From a plasmid: a stretch of DNA of 64,000 nt. The translations under genes and the position numbers were made by a program. Positions 20,289 to 30,082 of the stretch are shown here, in pieces. The stretch lies in assembly GCF_988243305.1 (NCBI RefSeq), contig NZ_OZ547137.1. One strand, written 5' to 3'. The notes under the pieces are model-generated. The model was not told the DNA's origin. It did not search any database and saw nothing but the letters and a program-made list of their open reading frames with translations. The stretch's first letter is position 1. Every line of letters starts with the position of its first letter.

Positions 20289-21029
20289 ATGTTGAATAAA
20301 GTTTCACAAATTAATTTGGCCAAAATACTGGCTGAAAAATTTAACGAAGGTGACTGGCAGGAGCTGTTTGCTGTTACAGATTGTGAAGACGTTCCGGAAG
20401 GACTAAATCAATTCTACCGGCATGTTCACTGGGACAACCCTGAGCTGAAAGGGGTGGCCATCGCTGCCATAGAAAGCACTCTGGCCAGGGACGCTGATAA
20501 TCTTTCTAAGATCTGGGCGCTGGATAATGTTCAACGCTTTATCAGCATTGCCAATACTGAGTTATTCAATGAAATAAAGAACATTGTGAATCAGAACGGG
20601 CAAAGAAATGTTTCGGCAGCACCAGTGAAAAATGTAAATGAAAACATTTACCAGGCCTTAGAAGATGCGGAAGTGTTGCTTAAAAATAATGGGCCACACC
20701 GGGCATATGATCGTGTTCATACAGCTCTTCATGCTTCATTAAGACAAATGTGTGCCAACCATGGAATTGCGACCAATAGTACAAATGATAATGTTCCAGG
20801 CTTGCTTTCTCTGATAACTGCACATCTCAAAGACCTGCCTGATGATGGAAGAAATGAAGATGTGTTTAAAATGTTGAGATCATCTGCCGCAATACTTCAT
20901 GGGATCAATAACCTGCGTAACAATTACAGCATGGCCCATCCTACTGAAACTTTGCTGAATGAAGCCGATGCCCGTTTTGCCATAAATCTGGTTCGTTCCA
21001 TCATGACTTATGTTGATGAGTTGCTTTAG
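20289..21029 (+). CDS. Abi_C-like (HEPN-type) putative abortive-infection protein
   Basis: C-terminal ILHGINNLRNNYSMAHPTE carries an R-x6-H HEPN-like motif typical of Abi_C as recalled; AT-rich codon usage. Confidence 0.55.
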   Translation: MLNKVSQINLAKILAEKFNEGDWQELFAVTDCEDVPEGLNQFYRHVHWDNPELKGVAIAAIESTLARDADNLSKIWALDNVQRFISIANTELFNEIKNIVNQNGQRNVSAAPVKNVNENIYQALEDAEVLLKNNGPHRAYDRVHTALHASLRQMCANHGIATNSTNDNVPGLLSLITAHLKDLPDDGRNEDVFKMLRSSAAILHGINNLRNNYSMAHPTETLLNEADARFAINLVRSIMTYVDELL

Positions 21030-21317
21030 TTTTAATAAAAATATGAGACTCACAGCGAACAGATAGAACTTCAACGAAGAAGTGAAGTACGGCCAGAATT
21101 TCGAGCTCTGGCCCTCCGGAAGATGCCGGACAGACGCATCATCCCGTCGCGGCCGCTTCCATTTTTGTGTGTACTCAACCTGCCGGATCAGGATGGCGGC
21201 AGGATTTGCACCCGATGTTCCAGCCGCCTTGCCTCTTCCTGATCCCGGTATTCCCTCGCCTTTTTCATCATTTCTGCCGTTGGCTCCTGCAGTTTGTCGA
21301 GAAACTCCTTAGATCGT

Positions 21318-22130
21318 TTAGCCACCGACTGAAGGGAGACACTGTCCGTCCTGCCGGTATTGCGATTGGTGTAAACCAGGCGGGTAAGGGGGTCTGGTTA
21401 ACTCCTTCCCTTCCATAAAGCGTTTGAAGATCCAGAGATATATATCAACCAGCTCCAGCCCTGCACTTTTTGTACCCGACTGGAAAACCAGCGGTTCAGC
21501 CGGCATGTTCGTCACATCCATGACCGGTAAACCGGGACCGTGTACCCACGGCATCTCACGTATCTGGTAATAGAACTCCCTCAGCTCCCGCTGGGTGGTG
21601 TTGAACTGTGACTGCTGGTCCACAACGATGTCGGCTTTGCGATTTGGTGCTCCCAGGCGGGAACAGATACCGCGCAATACGAACTGAAATCCAACCATAT
21701 TGGGCATGATCTGCAGCTTTTGTTTACCGGTTTTGCAGTTATATCCCAGTTCGTCAAAGTGGGTCATCGCCCAGGACAACGCATCGGTAATCAATTCAAT
21801 GTAACGGCGGTCCCCCAGGGTATGAACGCGCGCAAGCAGCTCACTGCAGACCTCACTGAACAGAGATGAGGACCTTCCATCATGGGCTTCGAGGCGGGCA
21901 CGCCACGCTTTTTCAGCCAGTTCATTATCGAACAGGCTTGCCAGATTCAGTAGCAGCGGGTAACGAAAGGGGGTCCAGTAGGCAACCCTGGGCACTGCAG
22001 GATTCATCCCCTGATCGAAGAACGAAATAATGGCGTGATCCCGTTTAACGACCAGCCAGACATCAAACCGTATCCGGTGCTTCTTCTGCAGGACAAGCAG
22101 CGTATCAACCACCTCATCAAGGCGGTGCAT
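21318..22130 (-). CDS. Hypothetical protein, possibly DUF3800-like; N-terminus uncertain
   Basis: 270-aa ORF with a C-terminal SAGLELVDIYLW motif; a 66-aa ORF (22117..22317) overlaps its start in another frame. Confidence 0.35.
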   Translation of the reverse strand: MHRLDEVVDTLLVLQKKHRIRFDVWLVVKRDHAIISFFDQGMNPAVPRVAYWTPFRYPLLLNLASLFDNELAEKAWRARLEAHDGRSSSLFSEVCSELLARVHTLGDRRYIELITDALSWAMTHFDELGYNCKTGKQKLQIMPNMVGFQFVLRGICSRLGAPNRKADIVVDQQSQFNTTQRELREFYYQIREMPWVHGPGLPVMDVTNMPAEPLVFQSGTKSAGLELVDIYLWIFKRFMEGKELTRPPYPPGLHQSQYRQDGQCLPSVGG

Positions 22131-22639
22131 GCCAAGCTCTGCGGCGTGCAGACGCTGTACTTGTCAACGCCACGATCTTTGACCGTCTTATATCGACAGA
22201 GTTATCCGGCATGGTGTCAATCCGTTCACAATTTTTCCATCGGAGCAGCCTACCACCGGTGATAACCTGACTTTGCCTGTAGTTTGTATACACAACCCCT
22301 GGCATTGAAACAAACATATGAAGTGTACTTCGGATATGACTGTACGCTCAGGAAGTACGGCAGATTCCGTCAAAAATTACCTGTAAAGACAGACATCAGA
22401 AAAACAGTGCTCGCCGCAGACCGGTGACCGGGCGAAGCCCGCGAACCGGCGAGGAAGCGCAATGGATCTGTAGTTACAGTGAGCAGGTACGCCCTGAAGC
22501 CTTCATAATCGGTAGTGTATGCTGTTTTTCTGGAATGATTTATCCACATATCCAGAGGCCCGATCCAGTAAACAGATCCATGAATGATCAACAAAGGATC
22601 CATTAAAGATCCCCATATCGCTGCAAACCTTGTCATTAA

Positions 22640-22915
22640 TGGTCCGGGAGCACGATCACATAAGCTGTGGCATGTTACTGATAAACTGTAACAGGTTCAT
22701 GATAAGCTGTATTCAGTAATACATATACTGCCGTAAGTTAATGACATAAACTATGGTCAGTATGCCAGACTCAGTTGTTAAATACAGGCTGCAGGTTTTT
22801 CTTCAGTCAGTTGACGGGGTTCTGACACACGATTTTCTGTTTATTCTTTTACTGTCCACAGGCAGGAGGCTTTCTGGAAAACGAAAATTCAGACATCAAA
22901 AAACTGTTCGGCGAG
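22640..22915. repeat. RepFIB-type iterons upstream of repA
   Basis: Repeated gataagctgt / gataaactgt / cataagctgt motifs. Confidence 0.6.
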
Positions 22916-23893
22916 GTGGATAAGTCGTCCGGTGAGCTGGTGACACTGACACCAAACAATAACAACACCGTACAACCTGTGGCGCTGATGCGTCTGGGCG
23001 TCTTTGTACCGACCCTTAAATCACTGAAGAACAGTAAAAAAAATACACTGTCACGTACTGATGCCACGGAAGAGCTGACACGTCTTTCCCTGGCCCGTGC
23101 AGAGGGATTCGATAAAGTTGAGATCACCGGCCCCCGCCTGGATATGGATAACGATTTCAAGACCTGGGTGGGGATCATTCATTCCTTTGCCCGCCATAAC
23201 GTAATTGGTGACAAAGTTGAACTGCCTTTTGTCGAGTTTGCAAAACTGTGTGGTATACCTTCAAGCCAGTCATCCCGCAGGCTGCGTGAGCGCATCAGCC
23301 CTTCCCTGAAGCGCATTGCCGGTACCGTGATTTCGTTTTCCCGTACCGATGAGAAGCACACCCGGGAATATATCACCCATCTGGTACAGTCAGCCTACTA
23401 CGATACTGAGCGGGATATTGTGCAGTTACAGGCCGATCCCCGCCTGTTTGAACTGTACCAGTTTGACAGAAAAGTCCTTCTCCAGCTTAAGGCGATTAAT
23501 GCCCTGAAGCGACGGGAGTCCGCCCAGGCACTCTACACCTTTATAGAGAGCCTGCCCCGGGATCCGGCACCGGTATCGCTGGCGCGGCTGCGTGCACGCC
23601 TCAATCTGAAGTCTCCTGTATTTTCCCAGAACCAGACGGTCAGACGGGCAATGGAGCAGTTGCGCGAGATTGGATACCTTGATTACACGGAGATCCAGCG
23701 GGGGCGGACAAAATTCTTCTGTATTCACTACCGGCGTCCCCGGTTAAAAGCGCCGAATGATGAGAGTAAGGAAAATCCGTTGCCACCTTCACCTGCGGAA
23801 AAAGTCAGTCCGGAGATGGCGGAGAAACTTGCCCTGCTTGAAAAACTGGGCATCACACTGGATGACCTGGAAAAACTCTTCAAATCCCGCTGA
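22916..23893 (+). CDS. repA: RepFIB replication initiator RepA
   Basis: 325 aa beginning [37 protein letters not shown], matching RepFIB RepA as recalled. Confidence 0.85.
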   Translation: MDKSSGELVTLTPNNNNTVQPVALMRLGVFVPTLKSLKNSKKNTLSRTDATEELTRLSLARAEGFDKVEITGPRLDMDNDFKTWVGIIHSFARHNVIGDKVELPFVEFAKLCGIPSSQSSRRLRERISPSLKRIAGTVISFSRTDEKHTREYITHLVQSAYYDTERDIVQLQADPRLFELYQFDRKVLLQLKAINALKRRESAQALYTFIESLPRDPAPVSLARLRARLNLKSPVFSQNQTVRRAMEQLREIGYLDYTEIQRGRTKFFCIHYRRPRLKAPNDESKENPLPPSPAEKVSPEMAEKLALLEKLGITLDDLEKLFKSR

Positions 23894-24170
23894 ACATAAA
23901 CTGTAGTCAGTGAAGAGTGCTCCTTTACTGACTACAGCTTATATTATCAGGTGCAGTGAGTGGTCCGCTCACTGCAGTTTATATTCAGTTTCCTGCAGTG
24001 CTGCCTGTGGCTGAGCTGCCATCTGCCTGTCCCTTACGTGAGTCACCCCGTAACCTGATGCTGAGGCATTGCTCCCTTCATAAAACATGGTTTACTCACT
24101 ACAGCTTATCTACCTGCTCCAGCTTATGTTATGTCTGTTCTGCTGACCACTGCTTATATAAGGAAGTGCC
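23894..24170. repeat. RepFIB-type iterons downstream of repA
   Basis: Repeated ctacagcttat / ctgcagtttat / ccagcttatgtta / ccactgcttatat motifs. Confidence 0.6.
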
Positions 24171-24171
24171 G

Positions 24172-24912
24172 TTACTTCAGGGGAGGCAGTGTACGCAGGA
24201 TCTCCGCAGCATCCCGACCGTCACCTGTGAAAGGCACTGCCAGCGTGGCAGCCATATCCAGTGCAAACACTCTGGTATAAACCTCCATCGAACGTGGATC
24301 CCTGTGACCAGCCAGTGCCTGGATGACTTTCCGGGGCTGGCGGTGATAGAGCATGTGCATGATATAGCTGTGCCGGAAGGTATGCGGCGTCACCGGAATC
24401 GAAAAGTGTACCCCGTCAGCTTCGGCCCGTCTGACAGCCTGCTTCAGCCAGTTGCGCATGGTTTCGTCGGTCACGGCCCATAATGGTTCACGACGACGGG
24501 GCCGGGTAGTGATCATCCAGCTTTCCATCTGCCTGACATAGCTTATATCTGTCAGCGGAACCAGGCGCACTTCATCTTTTGGCGGGCGTCCGCGTCGCGC
24601 ACGCACTTTTTCGGACAGGATCCGCACAAACGGTCTTGCACCATCCAGGTCAAATGATTCCGGCGTCAGCATCCGGGCTTCGCCAATACGCATTCCGGTA
24701 TTCCAGAGGGTGGCGAACAGCATATGGTGACGCTGATCCGGCATATAGAAAAGAAGGGCACTCACTTCCGGGGCCAGCAGATAGGCCGGTGTGGCCCCCG
24801 TGGAAGTGGCCATTCTTCTCAGGGAGAGCGCTGTTGCAAAATCCACCCCCGGCGCAATGGGTAACAGGGAAACGCGTTCTGGTGAATTCTGCAGGGGAAT
24901 GACATTGTTCAT
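24172..24912 (-). CDS. Tyrosine site-specific recombinase (integrase family), RepFIB-associated
   Basis: 246 aa; C-terminal [12 protein letters not shown] region; paralog-like to resD. Confidence 0.75.
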   Translation of the reverse strand: MNNVIPLQNSPERVSLLPIAPGVDFATALSLRRMATSTGATPAYLLAPEVSALLFYMPDQRHHMLFATLWNTGMRIGEARMLTPESFDLDGARPFVRILSEKVRARRGRPPKDEVRLVPLTDISYVRQMESWMITTRPRRREPLWAVTDETMRNWLKQAVRRAEADGVHFSIPVTPHTFRHSYIMHMLYHRQPRKVIQALAGHRDPRSMEVYTRVFALDMAATLAVPFTGDGRDAAEILRTLPPLK

Positions 24913-25275
24913 GAGTTATTTTTCACGTAGCACACGCACTGTTTATGGATACAGGTATTCTGACCTGAACGCCCGGATCCTTCCACGACAATAAATCGCA
25001 GCACGCGGATCCTTTTGTTTGCTTATCACGCATTATTGCGGGTAAAACCAAATACGTAAAGGCGCGTTTTGCAGCAGGGATCCCGTCTTAAGCCAGTCGT
25101 GGCGCGGGCTGATGGCTGGTTTGCCGTCTTTGGGAGAAATGGGGTAATGCCAGGACAAACAGGATCGGACCAAAAGGAAAAGGAGCAGGGAAGAAGGAGG
25201 ATGCGCTACGTGAATTCTGACCTGGTACACCCCTGTAACCCTGCCAGTTTTCACGTAGCGCAATGTGGTTGCTAC

Positions 25276-25572
25276 CTAACACCAGTTGAGATGAGAGCCG
25301 GCATCCTGATGCTGGATTAATATACGGATAATAATAATTTCAGTATCAGTCTGCAGAAAATAAAGCATATGTCGTTCAACGGATAGTGCGAATATGTATT
25401 CCCCCAGTTCAGGGCGGGGAGTACCGATATTATGATCACTCATAACCTGAAAAATATCGGATATCTGATTAATATATTTGTCTGCTTGATCCTCACCAAA
25501 ATGGCGGCACCCGTAATACCAGATATCCTCCAGATCCTGACTGGCTTTCGGTGTGAGTTTAACGGTTTTCAC
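25276..25572 (-). CDS. ParE/RelE-family type II toxin
   Basis: 98 aa, N-terminus MKTVKLTPKASQDLEDIWYYG; overlaps the upstream antitoxin gene. Confidence 0.7.
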   Translation of the reverse strand: MKTVKLTPKASQDLEDIWYYGCRHFGEDQADKYINQISDIFQVMSDHNIGTPRPELGEYIFALSVERHMLYFLQTDTEIIIIRILIQHQDAGSHLNWC

Positions 25573-25825
25573 CGGCCCCCCTCGTGCCAGCTTTAACTTT
25601 CTTCAGGAACGCATCTTTTTCCCACACCACAGGTTCACCGCTGCTCAGGCCTTCTGCCAGTAAATCCCGCAGGGCCTGGAGACGTGACTCTGCCTGTTTC
25701 TCGCGCAGGAGACGAAGTGACTCGCGGATTACTTCACTCTGTGTACGGTAATCACCTGATTCTATGAGAGATTCTATGTACTCCCAGAGTTCATCTCCGA
25801 GAGCAACTGTCATTGTTCTGGCCAT
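25559..25825 (-). CDS. ParD-like antitoxin
   Basis: 88 aa small acidic protein directly upstream of the ParE-like toxin. Confidence 0.65.
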   Translation of the reverse strand: MARTMTVALGDELWEYIESLIESGDYRTQSEVIRESLRLLREKQAESRLQALRDLLAEGLSSGEPVVWEKDAFLKKVKAGTRGAGENR

Positions 25826-26356
25826 ATCAAGCCTCGTGATTGTAAGTTTAAATTTTACATGCAGTTTATTCGATACTCAAAGGTGCTTCCAGTACAGAAC
25901 ATTTGGGAGAATTGGGGTAATGCCTGGAACAGACAGATACGGAGAAAAACCCTGCAGATAACCTTATACGACAACTGAAGGTGTCTGATGCCATATTCTT
26001 AGCTACTTCTCTGTCTTCAGGCGGCTTAGTCACAACATAAGACCGATGCATAATAAGCATATTTTTTCATGTTATGGTCTTGTTCATGCATGAACTATTA
26101 TCTATTCAGTCACTTTTAAAGTTTTATATCATACTGCATATGATATATATCATCTCCTATATTCAGACTAAAAATATTATGACGATGGTCAAATGAATTT
26201 AGTGAAAACGCTACCTAAAACAATATGCTTATGATATAACTTATCAAGAATATGCGACAATCTTCTTGAAAGGTTACGGAGAAGAGTCAGATAATGAAGT
26301 GTTATAACTCATTCAGCTTTTTTATGTTCTCTTTATAGTAAAACTAGGAGATTAAG

Positions 26357-27526
26357 ATGAATCAGAAGTGGAAGACGTTAATTATTTCATTATTAACACC
26401 ATCAAGTATTATATCAGGGATTGCGTTGATAGTTCTCTGGGGATATTTCAGTCGCCTGGGCCGACTAGATATTTTCTTTGATGTAATGAATATTAAAAGC
26501 ATCTTGGTATTGGTTTGTTGTGCAACTATACTATCATTGGCTATGATAGTATTTATCTTTTTTATAACCTCTTTTTTTATACCCGTAGTTATTCCTCAGG
26601 ATATAAATAATCTTCCTGCTTACAATAAGATTCAGGGTAATTTTTTATCTGTGATGATGTTATCTGGCATGTTCCCCATGGCCTTTATATATGTGTTATA
26701 CTGTGCATTTGATTTTGATCAGAATGTTAAAGATAACTCTGGCTGGTTATCTATTGCAAGTATGGGTGTACTGATAGCTGTTATTTTAGCCATAGTAAAT
26801 AAGAGGTATCTTGAATATGACTTATCGTTTAAAAACAATAGAATGAAACTGTTGAGACGTGTTCAGATCTATCTTGTCATTCCGTTGTCTATTGCTTTAC
26901 TGGTGCATCTTCAGTTAATTCCTCTGGAGATAGTTTTTAGGAATATTGCAACTTCAGATAAGAGTGTTAATTTCAAAGTGATAGCCGAACTGGCTTTCAT
27001 GTCATATTTTATCTTTCTTCTGACAATGCTTCCTGGAGTCATTTATCTGAAAATGAATCCACAGCATAAATTTTCAAAAAGAATTAGCTATTCATTTATC
27101 GCATCCTTGATGTTATTATTAATAATATCGACTCAAATAACCGTGTTACCAGTGATTTTTACCCATTCCGTTATTAAGCTATCAGGTATAAGTGACTTCA
27201 AAATACATAGCTACATTATTAAATCAAGTGAATATCCTGAAGAGTTTTTTTCCAATGCAGCATGGGATAAAAAAAATATAAAACCGGGGGATTATTACTC
27301 TGTGCAGGCTGTTTCTATGTTTACGACAAACCAGTTTATTCTCCTTTGTCCTAAGGATATTATAAAGTTTTATCGGGAAAGCTGGAAGTTCGAGTTGCTT
27401 AATGTAGACTTCGATATAAATACCAGGAAGAAACTCCAGGAAGAAGCTGCATATTGCGTACCAATTTCTGCAATATCTGTAAAACGATGGGATATGCCTC
27501 TTCAGGGCTCGAAACCCTCAAGTTAG
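26357..27526 (+). CDS. Multi-pass membrane protein of unknown function
   Basis: 389 aa; several long hydrophobic segments then a hydrophilic C-terminal region; strongly AT-rich; AGGAG ribosome-binding site; no family recognised. Confidence 0.6.
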   Translation: MNQKWKTLIISLLTPSSIISGIALIVLWGYFSRLGRLDIFFDVMNIKSILVLVCCATILSLAMIVFIFFITSFFIPVVIPQDINNLPAYNKIQGNFLSVMMLSGMFPMAFIYVLYCAFDFDQNVKDNSGWLSIASMGVLIAVILAIVNKRYLEYDLSFKNNRMKLLRRVQIYLVIPLSIALLVHLQLIPLEIVFRNIATSDKSVNFKVIAELAFMSYFIFLLTMLPGVIYLKMNPQHKFSKRISYSFIASLMLLLIISTQITVLPVIFTHSVIKLSGISDFKIHSYIIKSSEYPEEFFSNAAWDKKNIKPGDYYSVQAVSMFTTNQFILLCPKDIIKFYRESWKFELLNVDFDINTRKKLQEEAAYCVPISAISVKRWDMPLQGSKPSS

Positions 27527-27721
27527 AAGGCAACTAGGGCGACTGTATTCTGTGACGAAATGAATGGCTGGCTCACTATAATAATGAGCGAACCCATCAG
27601 GGAAAAATGTGCAATGGGCGGACGCCAATGGAAACGTTACTCGATGGAAAACGCATCTGGGCCGAGAAAAATTTAAGCCAGATGTAATCTGACAGATACC
27701 TGTATAAATAACCGATAACTG

Positions 27722-28015
27722 TCAGATCAGGTCTGAGCTAATACATTTCAATAAAGGTACTTGCTCGCGCTCTGTCATTTTCTGAAACTCTTCATGCTGC
27801 ATTTCGATTTTCCTTCTAAGATCATAACTCGCATACCTGTTCTTTTTATGTATATCTATATCTATTTTTGTGACGAGTTCAAACCACAATGTTCGCGCTC
27901 CCCATGCAGCGTTATGAAACATTTCCGCAACGGCTATAGAGTCTGTATTAACTGCTTCAGTCATGTAGTCGCTAATACGTTCAGCGGTAATTTTCGTTAT
28001 TTCATCGTAATTCAT
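27722..28015 (-). CDS. Small hypothetical protein (97 aa)
   Basis: ORF convergent on the membrane-protein gene; AT-rich; no recognisable motif. Confidence 0.3.
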   Translation of the reverse strand: MNYDEITKITAERISDYMTEAVNTDSIAVAEMFHNAAWGARTLWFELVTKIDIDIHKKNRYASYDLRRKIEMQHEEFQKMTEREQVPLLKCISSDLI

Positions 28016-28120
28016 TTTATCTCCTACAAGATTATTTAATGGAATGCAAAATATCTGGTCTGATAATAATGTTCCAGAATTAATATCTGCAGGCTATGTT
28101 AAGTTGTCCCCACACACAAT

Positions 28121-28396
28121 CTACCTGTTTTCTCGTGTGTGCCACAGACGCAATACATAAATAGTCTGGCCATTAATTTCGTAACGGATTTCGTACTCGC
28201 CAGCAAAAATCCGTCTGACCTCCCTGGGTTCAAACTGAAACAACAGTTCTCCCATACGTGGATGAGTTAACAGAATGACCGGTGCCTGTGTCAGGGACTG
28301 TACCGTTCTGGCGGCAACAGGTTTACTGGCCAGCACCAGAAAATCATATAACCGCGACAAATCAGAAAGCGCCTTACTGGTCCACTTCAGTTCCAT
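28121..28396 (-). CDS. RelE/ParE-superfamily type II toxin
   Basis: 91 aa; its start overlaps the antitoxin stop. Confidence 0.65.
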   Translation of the reverse strand: MELKWTSKALSDLSRLYDFLVLASKPVAARTVQSLTQAPVILLTHPRMGELLFQFEPREVRRIFAGEYEIRYEINGQTIYVLRLWHTRENR

Positions 28397-28680
28397 CAGC
28401 GTGGCACCGGTAACGGATTGTCAGTACTGAGGCTGTCCGACCAGGCCTGTACAGCCTGATGGTCGATAACCTGTCCGGATGTCACATCGTCCAGGGCTTC
28501 CAGCGTCAGGCGATTACGCTCCTCCTCCTGGGCAAGCCATGCAGAAAGCGCCTGTTTGATAACCCAGCCCCGGGAACGTTCCAGTCTGGCGGCCATCTGG
28601 TCGACTTTATCAGCCATAGGTAATGGCACATGCGCGGTAATTACTTTTGTTGCTTGTGCGGCATTGTTTTTCATTTGCAT
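28396..28680 (-). CDS. Ribbon-helix-helix antitoxin
   Basis: 94 aa; N-terminal RHH-like segment (KVITAHVPLPMADKVDQMAARLERSRGWVIKQAL). Confidence 0.6.
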   Translation of the reverse strand: MQMKNNAAQATKVITAHVPLPMADKVDQMAARLERSRGWVIKQALSAWLAQEEERNRLTLEALDDVTSGQVIDHQAVQAWSDSLSTDNPLPVPR

Positions 28681-29013
28681 ATCCGATTAGTTGTTAATCA
28701 TATTTAATCATAGTGATTACTTTCAGACGGAACAAGGCAAATAATGCGCGTCAGCGCATGTAAGGCGGCATACGGAGGTTACATGTAGCACAGGTGTAAA
28801 ACCGCCGAAGCCCGGCGTAAGCCGGTACTGATTGATAGATTTCACCTTACCCTTTTCCATCCTGCTAAGCCACACCCGCTTTCAGCTATGAGAGAGCCTT
28901 TGTGCGCAGTCGGGGCGTATCTCCGCGTTAGCGGGCCGTGAGGGACGCTTACGAGCGTGTATGAGAGACGTACAGTGGTTTCTTCTAGCTTTTATTTCCT
29001 CTCAGGTCCCGAA

Positions 29014-29069
29014 TTGTCAACTTCTGAATCGTGGGGGCCCCTTTGGGGTGACGATTCAGTGGTTGACAA
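29014..29069. repeat. Large imperfect inverted repeat (19-bp arms, 18-bp spacer containing ggggcccc)
   Basis: ttgtcaacttctgaatcgt ... acgattcagtggttgacaa, two arm mismatches; lies in the intergenic region between divergent antitoxin and iclR-like genes. Confidence 0.8.
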
Positions 29070-29278
29070 CTGCACATAAAACACCCTGTGTGTGGGGTGA
29101 TGGTTCACGTAGTGGTCCATCGCCCTGCCAGGGGTCAGTCGCCACTACACCATCACTTGAGAAAGAGAAGGGACTTGCTGTTATGTCAGTGAAACTTTGG
29201 TAAATTATCGTATCCTGTGGCAGGATGATGGTTTGTTACAGCATTGCAATTCATTAAAAAGGGGGCTTACGAAGAACA

Positions 29279-30037
29279 GTGGATATGATCGCAACTAAAA
29301 CGCCTGCCATTGATAAAGCTGCCCGAATATTTCATTTTATTGCCGGGAAAGGCTCTGCCACCTACAGTGAAATTCACCAGAATGTCGGATTGCCTCAAAG
29401 CACCACCTCGGCCCTGCTTGCCAGCCTGACCACGCATGCCTTTCTGAGACAAAAAAATGGCCGGTATTATCTGGGGCTAATCTTTTACGAGCTTGGTAAT
29501 AAAGCCATTCAGGATTTTGATTTTCGTGAACTGGCTGAAGAGTCACTCGTTTTTCTCCGTGACCGGACCCGTCTTGCCTGCCATCTGGGCGTTCTGGATG
29601 GTTCCACCGGCATCTATCTGGCGAAAAAAGAAAGCCAGAATGCGATTATCGTTCGCAGCTGGACGGGAAAACGACTTTCCCTGCACAGTTCCTCCCTTGG
29701 GAAAGTGTTGTTGGCCTGGCTTCCGGAAGACCACATTGATGCTCTTTTACCCACAGAACACCTTCCTGCGTTTACTGCCCGGACAATTACAACACGTAAA
29801 GCGTTGAAAGCTGAGCTGGAGGTGGTCCGCCTGCAGGGATGGGCGTTTGATAATCAGGAAGATGTCGACGATGTCACCTGTATTGCCGCGCCGGTATTTA
29901 ACAGTGATCAGGCCGTTGTTGCCGCAATAAGTATTTCCGGGGTTCGTTTTCAGATGCCTGAGGAAAAAATACCTGAGTATGCGAACGCGGTGATGAAAGC
30001 CGCTGGCATGATGTCTGAAAAGTTATGCGGTATATGA
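29279..30037 (+). CDS. IclR-family transcriptional regulator
   Basis: 252 aa; N-terminal winged HTH and C-terminal effector-domain pattern. Confidence 0.8.
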   Translation: MDMIATKTPAIDKAARIFHFIAGKGSATYSEIHQNVGLPQSTTSALLASLTTHAFLRQKNGRYYLGLIFYELGNKAIQDFDFRELAEESLVFLRDRTRLACHLGVLDGSTGIYLAKKESQNAIIVRSWTGKRLSLHSSSLGKVLLAWLPEDHIDALLPTEHLPAFTARTITTRKALKAELEVVRLQGWAFDNQEDVDDVTCIAAPVFNSDQAVVAAISISGVRFQMPEEKIPEYANAVMKAAGMMSEKLCGI

Positions 30038-30082
30038 CTGGTCCGCTCACAGGTCATGATAACCCGTGAGCGGCGTTCGGCC

